Assembly: GCA_965223345.1 (NCBI GenBank)
Contig: CBDCWG010000012.1
Span: 928,001-992,000 of the forward strand
Direction of reading: 5' to 3'
DNA: 64,000 bases
From: Nitrospinales bacterium
GTDB taxonomy: Bacteria; Nitrospinota; Nitrospinia; Nitrospinales; VA-1
Shown here: positions 59,203 to 64,000 of the stretch, piece by piece
How positions within the stretch are numbered: the stretch's first letter is position 1
Layout of the letters: every line of letters begins with the position of its first letter
The notes under the pieces: generated by a model
The model's database searches: none
Told to the model about the DNA's origin: nothing
What the model saw: only the letters and a program-made list of their open reading frames with translations
Program-made: the position numbers and the translations under genes

Positions 59203-59922
59203 TCAAGGCGGCACCGCGGGCAGGCTGAAATCCTGGTCGCCGATGAGTTTTCCCTGGGCGTCGTAGCGTTTGCGGTTGAGCAGGATGCCCTTGCGGTAAC
59301 GGTAGACGTATTCCAGGGCGCCGGACTGAGAAAAGGTTCTGGTTTCCCCTTCCTGCCGGTCGTCCGCAAAGTTCATTTCCGTTTTCAGGGTCCCGTCCCG
59401 GTAGTATTTGCGCACCGTGCCGTCGAGTTTGTCGTTTTTGTAGAACCCCTCGTCCTTGCGGTTGCCGTTGCCGTAATAGCCGACTCCCACCCCCTCGCGT
59501 TTTCCGTTTTTGTAAGTCCATTCGGTCATCAGCTGTCCCGAGGGGTAATACATGCGGCTCACCCCGTGCAGCACGCCGTGATGGTAATTTTTTTCCCAGA
59601 CGAGGTTCCCCTTAGCGTCGTATTTCCGCACCCGTTTGTGCGGCAGCCCATCGGCGTCGATGTGGCCTTCAAGGCTCACCTTGCCGTTGGGATGGTGCTT
59701 GAGCAGCGGCGCCGCATGCAGCGATTGCGGATTCGCCAGGCAGAGCAGCAAAAGCCCGGTGAGCAGGCACGGCGTTTTTATTCTTGTCGCTGTTGTGCGG
59801 TGCAGAAGAGGGCGGTCATCCCTGTGGCGTGGTTTGCGCTTTGAAGGTGAGCGATTCGATGCGGCTTTGCGCCTCGCCGGCTTTTTTGCGGGAGCGGTTC
59901 TTTTGAAAAATGTGATGGGCAT
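59203..59922 (-). CDS. Exported MORN-variant repeat (YwqK-like) protein; start codon uncertain
   Basis: Repeats such as HGVSRMYYPSGQL, EGVGVGYYGNGNR, DGTVRKYYRDGTL; signal-peptide-like stretch begins near 59781. Confidence 0.75.
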   Translation of the reverse strand: MPITFFKRTAPAKKPARRKAASNRSPSKRKPRHRDDRPLLHRTTATRIKTPCLLTGLLLLCLANPQSLHAAPLLKHHPNGKVSLEGHIDADGLPHKRVRKYDAKGNLVWEKNYHHGVLHGVSRMYYPSGQLMTEWTYKNGKREGVGVGYYGNGNRKDEGFYKNDKLDGTVRKYYRDGTLKTEMNFADDRQEGETRTFSQSGALEYVYRYRKGILLNRKRYDAQGKLIGDQDFSLPAVPP

Positions 59923-60904
59923 TGCGTGCGCGCTCCAGGGCAAGCGAAGGGTTGCCCATTTCCTGATGGATTTCACTGATGAGCAGATTGGTGCTGCCAT
60001 CGTTGGGGTTCATGACCAGCGCCGACTTCAACGCCCACAGTGCCATCTCGTAACTCCCGACCCGCGTGCTGGAGAGGTCGGCGTGGCGGATCAGGGCGAG
60101 CCGGTCCTGCCGGTTCAGGTTGTTGAGGAACCGCTGCGATTCGAGATGCGTGTTCCCCAGATCCAGTAGGTGACGACGTGCGTTGCCGGGATCTCTCTGG
60201 ATTTTTACCGTCAGCGAGTTCAGCCGGTCGCTGAGTTTTTTCAGCGTTGCCTGATGCGATTTCAACGGCTCCTGCAGCATCTGCCCGGCAAGCGGTGTGG
60301 CTGCCGGCGTCTGCGGTTCGAACGTGGGCGAACGCTTGTTTTCCCGTTCCTCGATGCTGGCTTGCCGGATATTTTCTGCACGCCCATCGGATGCGAGCAA
60401 TCGTGAGACCGGGGGGTCGGTGTCCCGCGGGTAATCGTACGATGCGATCCGAACCGAGCTGATCCTTTCAAATTTGCGCTTGCTCCTTCTTCCCTTCGTG
60501 TTGATCAGCGCGGGCGGATCGTTTTTTGCGTTGCGGATCGTGTCTTTGTGTTCCCGTTTCAGCGCCTTGAATTCCTCGCGAATCTGCTTCACCACTTGCG
60601 AGATGTCGATGCGGGAGCGCTCGATGTCTTTGCGGTATATCCTGAGAAACTTCTGCAGGGCCTGATTTTCGTTTTTCCATTCCGCTTTGCGGCGCTGGAG
60701 TTCTGCGGAAAGTTTGCGGTTCAGCTTTTCCGCTTCGGCCTGGTATTGATTCAGTTCGAGCTCGACCACTTCCCGCAGTTTTTTGGGTTGCAACTCCACC
60801 TCATCGAAACCCGACACCACGACTTGGGCCCCGGCGGTCCCGGCGCAAAGAGGCAGCCACAATCCGAGCGCCAGAACGATTCTTTTAACAGATTTGCGAT
60901 TCAA
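59816..60904 (-). CDS. Exported coiled-coil / TPR-like hypothetical protein
   Basis: TTG start gives a signal peptide (KRIVLALGLWLPLCAGTAGA); long heptad-rich helix; C-terminal ALVMNPND...ALERA TPR-like segment. Confidence 0.7.
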   Translation of the reverse strand: MNRKSVKRIVLALGLWLPLCAGTAGAQVVVSGFDEVELQPKKLREVVELELNQYQAEAEKLNRKLSAELQRRKAEWKNENQALQKFLRIYRKDIERSRIDISQVVKQIREEFKALKREHKDTIRNAKNDPPALINTKGRRSKRKFERISSVRIASYDYPRDTDPPVSRLLASDGRAENIRQASIEERENKRSPTFEPQTPAATPLAGQMLQEPLKSHQATLKKLSDRLNSLTVKIQRDPGNARRHLLDLGNTHLESQRFLNNLNRQDRLALIRHADLSSTRVGSYEMALWALKSALVMNPNDGSTNLLISEIHQEMGNPSLALERARNAHHIFQKNRSRKKAGEAQSRIESLTFKAQTTPQG

Positions 60905-61124
60905 AGCCAAACTCGCACAGATGAGGTTCGTCCCACCACAACACGCGTGGAAAATCCGCAAAAATAATATCAATTTTATCAAATATTTATCAAATTTGAT
61001 ATCGTTTGCAGCGGTTGCTGTGCGGAATCGTCGCTGCTGAAGGACGGGTTCGGATCAAACTGCGATCTGTGCGGGGTGCGTTGCCCGTGCTTCACGAGCT
61101 GTTTGGTGGTGGTTGTGAGGGCGG

Positions 61125-61271
61125 TCAAAGATACGGAAGGATCAGATGGTAGACGGCTCCCACGGCGATGGTGAGATAGCAGAAGATGCCGAACCAGTTC
61201 CACAACCTTTCCTTCAGGGGAGGTTGTGGAGGTGAGGATGGGGTTGTGTCTGCCGCGCCGGCTTCGTTCAT
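61125..61271 (-). CDS. Small single-pass membrane protein (48 aa)
   Basis: AGGA SD before ATG 61271; Pro-rich N-terminus followed by WFGIFCYLTIAVGAVYHLILPYL hydrophobic helix. Confidence 0.5.
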   Translation of the reverse strand: MNEAGAADTTPSSPPQPPLKERLWNWFGIFCYLTIAVGAVYHLILPYL

Positions 61272-61477
61272 CGGGCTTATTCCTGGGTGTTCGGGTTGTG
61301 GGAGTGGTTCATATTGTATCGGTCTTTGCGCAAAAGGCAAACCAAAGCGGCGTCGATTCGGTCTGCCGATGGGATGAATCGCTTGGGCCGGGTTTTCGTT
61401 TCTGGTAGGCTTTAAGGAAATTGCGCTCGCGGTGTGCGCGGCGGTCTGTCCAATGCAAGCGGAGTGTTGAAAAGCGC

Positions 61478-61861
61478 ATGGGGATCCGGGATTGGTTCGA
61501 GAGCAAAGCCGTCCGGCAGTACAAGGCCCGTCTGGAAAAAAATCCCGACGACGCGGAGGCGCATTTTTATCTGGGCGCCGCTTATGAAGAGAAGGGAAAA
61601 ACCCGCAAGGCGATCTGCGAGTTCGAAGAAGCGCTGCGGATCCATCCCAAATCCGCGGAAGCGCATTTCAACCTGGGGGTTCTGCACGAAAGCCTGAACG
61701 AGGGCAAGCAGGCTGTGTACCATATCCTCAAGGCGGGCAATTTGTTTGGGGAAAAAGGGGACCTGAAAAAAAAGGAGAAAGCCCGCAAACGGCTGCGCGA
61801 CTACTACCAGAAATTCGGCTTTTCGCCTGAGGATGCGGAAAATCTGGAATCCTCTTCTTAA
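61478..61861 (+). CDS. TPR repeat protein
   Basis: NPDDAEAHFYLGAAY, HPKSAEAHFNLGVLH. Confidence 0.85.
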   Translation: MGIRDWFESKAVRQYKARLEKNPDDAEAHFYLGAAYEEKGKTRKAICEFEEALRIHPKSAEAHFNLGVLHESLNEGKQAVYHILKAGNLFGEKGDLKKKEKARKRLRDYYQKFGFSPEDAENLESSS

Positions 61862-62322
61862 GGCCCCAGCTGCCGGATTGCTTCGTACACCACCACACTC
61901 ACCGCATTGGCCAGGTTGAGAGACCGGACCCGGTCGTCGTACTGCGGGATGCGGACCACCCGGTTCTGCGGATTTTCCCTCACCTCCTCGCGCAACCCTT
62001 CCGTCTCGTTTCCGAAAAACAGATACGATCCGGCCTCGAACGCGTGATCGTAAAACACCGTCTGCGCCTTGGTGGAGAAAAACACTTTGGGACTTCCCTC
62101 TGGGATTGTTTCCATGAATGCGGAAAGCGTTGCGTGCCGTTTCACCGTCACGTATTTCCAGTAATCCAGGCCGGCGCGTTTGAGCTTGGAGTCGTTGATT
62201 TCAAAGCCCAAAGGCTCGATCAAATGCAGGGTGGACCCGGTGGCGAGGCAAAGTCTTCCGATGGACCCGGTGTTCACCGGAATTTTCGGTTCCACCAGGA
62301 CCACTTGCAGGTTGTGGGGCAT
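61858..62322 (-). CDS. trmL: tRNA (cytidine/uridine34-2'-O)-methyltransferase TrmL (SPOUT)
   Basis: VLVEPKIPVNTGSIGR, LHLIEPLGF, KRAGLDYW, FGNETEGL, RSLNLANAV. Confidence 0.95.
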   Translation of the reverse strand: MPHNLQVVLVEPKIPVNTGSIGRLCLATGSTLHLIEPLGFEINDSKLKRAGLDYWKYVTVKRHATLSAFMETIPEGSPKVFFSTKAQTVFYDHAFEAGSYLFFGNETEGLREEVRENPQNRVVRIPQYDDRVRSLNLANAVSVVVYEAIRQLGP

Positions 62323-62542
62323 CGATCCGCTCTTGTTAATATGTCATATTAAGTTTGCACAAAATCCACACGGAACCTAAATTCCGGAGTGTGTCTTCCG
62401 GCTCGCCCGGAGGAGCCGAAAACCATCCCGGATTCAGGGATGGAGCCTTTGCGTTTTTTAGGCCCGTAGTGTACCGCAGTCAACGGATGTTTGGAAAAAT
62501 TGGCGAATTTCCCCCGTGATTTTTATCGGAAGGAGGATGTCC

Positions 62543-62986
62543 ATGAGCACCAAGCATGTCCCGCATCATTTCTCCAAAAAAAATGAAGAAAACCTGGAAG
62601 TCATCGGCGATTACATGAAGTCGCCGCCGATCCATGTCGAAGCAGACACTTCTGTGCAGGAAGCGGCAAAACTGATGCATTCCAAGTCAATCGGGTCTCT
62701 TCTTGTCAAGGAAGGAGAGGAGTTTGTCGGCATCGTGACGGAGACGGATTTCTCCAGAAAGGTGGTCGCAGCCGGTGCCGATGCGGAAAGCACCGCGGTT
62801 TCCAAGGTGATGACGCATCCCATTCTCTCGCTGGATGTGACAGAAAGAGTGGCAGAAGCGAATATCTTCATGGCAAGTCACAAGGTGCGCCATCTGGGTG
62901 TGACGCGGGATGGAAAAATCGTCGGCATCCTTTCCGTGAAGGATCTGGTTTCCTTTTTTGCCAACCCGAGAATGCGGACCTGGTGA
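62543..62986 (+). CDS. Stand-alone CBS domain pair protein
   Basis: IGDYM...SVQEAAKLM...VGIVTETD...KVRHLGV...VGILSVKDL; AGGAGG SD. Confidence 0.92.
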   Translation: MSTKHVPHHFSKKNEENLEVIGDYMKSPPIHVEADTSVQEAAKLMHSKSIGSLLVKEGEEFVGIVTETDFSRKVVAAGADAESTAVSKVMTHPILSLDVTERVAEANIFMASHKVRHLGVTRDGKIVGILSVKDLVSFFANPRMRTW

Positions 62987-63068
62987 ACGGCAAATCGGCT
63001 GATGGATTCATTGCAAACGCGATGATTCGAATAGTTTAATTTCGCAACCTGATTAGGAGCGTCGAATT

Positions 63069-63533
63069 ATGAAAAAAGACCAAAATGAAATCGTTCCGGG
63101 CGAGCCGGATCTGCTTCCGGGCGAGTCGGATCCGCTGCTTGAAGAAATCGGGGACTACATGAGTTCTCCGGTGTTGACCATCGATTCCCAGGCCTCGGTG
63201 CAGGAGGCGGCGCAGTACATGCACGCCAGCAATGTCGGTTGCCTTCTGGTCCAGGAGTTCGACAATTACATCGGGATCGTGACGGAAACGGACCTGACGC
63301 GCAAGGTGGTCAGCAAGGGGCTCAATTCCGAAACCATGCAGGTGGCCTCCATCATGACGAAGCCGCTGAAAAAGCTGGACCGGTATCTGCCGGTGGAAGA
63401 GGCCAACGAATACATGCACAAAAACAAGATCCGCCATGTGGCGGTCACAGAAGAGGATAAGGTCGTGGGCGTGCTTTCGGTCAAGGACCTCGTCGCCTAT
63501 TACGCCAAGTCTTCCTTTCGCATGAATGAATGA
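63069..63533 (+). CDS. Stand-alone CBS domain pair protein (paralog of upstream gene)
   Basis: IGDYM...SVQEAAQYM...IGIVTETD...KIRHVAV...VGVLSVKDL; AGGAG SD. Confidence 0.92.
   Translation: MKKDQNEIVPGEPDLLPGESDPLLEEIGDYMSSPVLTIDSQASVQEAAQYMHASNVGCLLVQEFDNYIGIVTETDLTRKVVSKGLNSETMQVASIMTKPLKKLDRYLPVEEANEYMHKNKIRHVAVTEEDKVVGVLSVKDLVAYYAKSSFRMNE
63094..63135 (+). repeat. 21-bp in-frame tandem duplication in the N-terminus of the second CBS gene
   Basis: TTCCGGGCGAGCCGGATCTGC / TTCCGGGCGAGTCGGATCCGC (19/21 identical), encoding PGEPDLL-PGESDPL. Confidence 0.75.
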
Positions 63534-63568
63534 TCGATTCTCCTGAAAGTTGGATCGGGAGCGTTCGC

Positions 63569-63604
63569 AAACGGGCCGGGGAGTTTTCTCCGGTCCGTTT
63601 TTTT
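63569..63604 (+). terminator. Intrinsic terminator after CBS genes (possibly bidirectional)
   Basis: AAACGGGCCGGGGA-GTTT-TCTCCGGTCCGTTT stem followed by TTTT; lies between convergent genes. Confidence 0.7.
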
Positions 63605-63618
63605 ATGCGAACGTGCGA

Positions 63619-64000
63619 TCATTCCTGGGCGTCGGTGGGCTGGTTTTGCGCGGATTCAGCGGAAGTGACTTTGTCATTGCCGAGCTCGAACAGGGCGGGC
63701 AGCATGAACAGCGCGCTGACCGTGCAGGTGATGATGCCCAGCTCGACCAGAGTGGCGATGGAACGGATGCCGTTGTGCGAGGAAATGTTCAGGCTGATGT
63801 AGCCTGCCATGCTGGTGCCTGCGGAAAGCAGGATGGCGCTTCCGGTCTCCTTGACCGACTGGATGGTGCTTCCCCTGGGATGATCGAGGATGTGGTGCGC
63901 CAGATAGATGCAGTGATCGATCATGATGCCGACGATCGAAGGCAGCATGACAAAATTGATGAAGTTCAGCTTGACGTGAAACACGCTCATCAGCGCGCCG
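63619..64000 (-). CDS. MMPL/RND-family transporter, C-terminal part (truncated by window edge)
   Basis: LNFINFVMLPSIVGIMIDHCIY...ETGSAILLSAGTSMAGY...GIRSIA...LPAL pattern of MMPL TM helices. Confidence 0.8.
   Translation of the reverse strand, partial: GALMSVFHVKLNFINFVMLPSIVGIMIDHCIYLAHHILDHPRGSTIQSVKETGSAILLSAGTSMAGYISLNISSHNGIRSIATLVELGIITCTVSALFMLPALFELGNDKVTSAESAQNQPTDAQE

Noticed and set aside
59203..60904. Toxin-antitoxin pair suggested by the YwqK-like repeats
   Set aside because: The upstream protein shows no toxin or nuclease motif; MORN-variant repeats are common in non-TA exported proteins.
60989..61000. FNR/CRP-type box
   Set aside because: Half-sites are in the opposite order (ATCAA-N2-TTGAT) to the FNR consensus TTGAT-N4-ATCAA.

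Overview
GC-rich bacterial chromosomal window with no rRNA, tRNA, CRISPR array or mobile element that I could recognise. Bases 1-28,000 hold the core transcription/translation supercluster: rplL-rpoB-rpoC, then the str, S10, spc and alpha operons through rplQ. rpmD (L30) and map are absent from their usual positions. RpoB carries a Cys4 zinc ribbon that closely copies the RpoC zinc-binding domain, plus an extra BBM2-type insert, and an intrinsic terminator sits between rpsJ and rplC. Bases 28,000-64,000 are mostly housekeeping and envelope genes: rho-rpmE-prfA-prmC-murA-waaF, clpC, an HDAC-family deacetylase, queG, hemE-hemH, htrA, uvrD/pcrA, hflX, trmL, tandem CBS proteins and a partial MMPL transporter. 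The most interesting locus is a four-gene operon at 29,043-34,396 with its own sigma70 promoter. It encodes (i) a 69-aa membrane micropeptide with a signal peptide ending just before a Y-V-D-P-G motif, (ii) a NoeA-like protein that is a protein-kinase-like domain fused to a SAM methyltransferase, (iii) a five-TM alkaline-phosphatase-superfamily protein with a Thr nucleophile (LtaS/EptA architecture, not a formylglycine sulfatase) and (iv) a TMTC-like GT-C/TPR glycosyltransferase. Together these suggest an uncharacterised phospho/methyl-phosphate cell-envelope or glycoprotein modification system. Gene content and order suggest a diderm such as a Nitrospinota-like lineage, but that is inference only. 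All family assignments come from motif recognition by eye; no searches were run.
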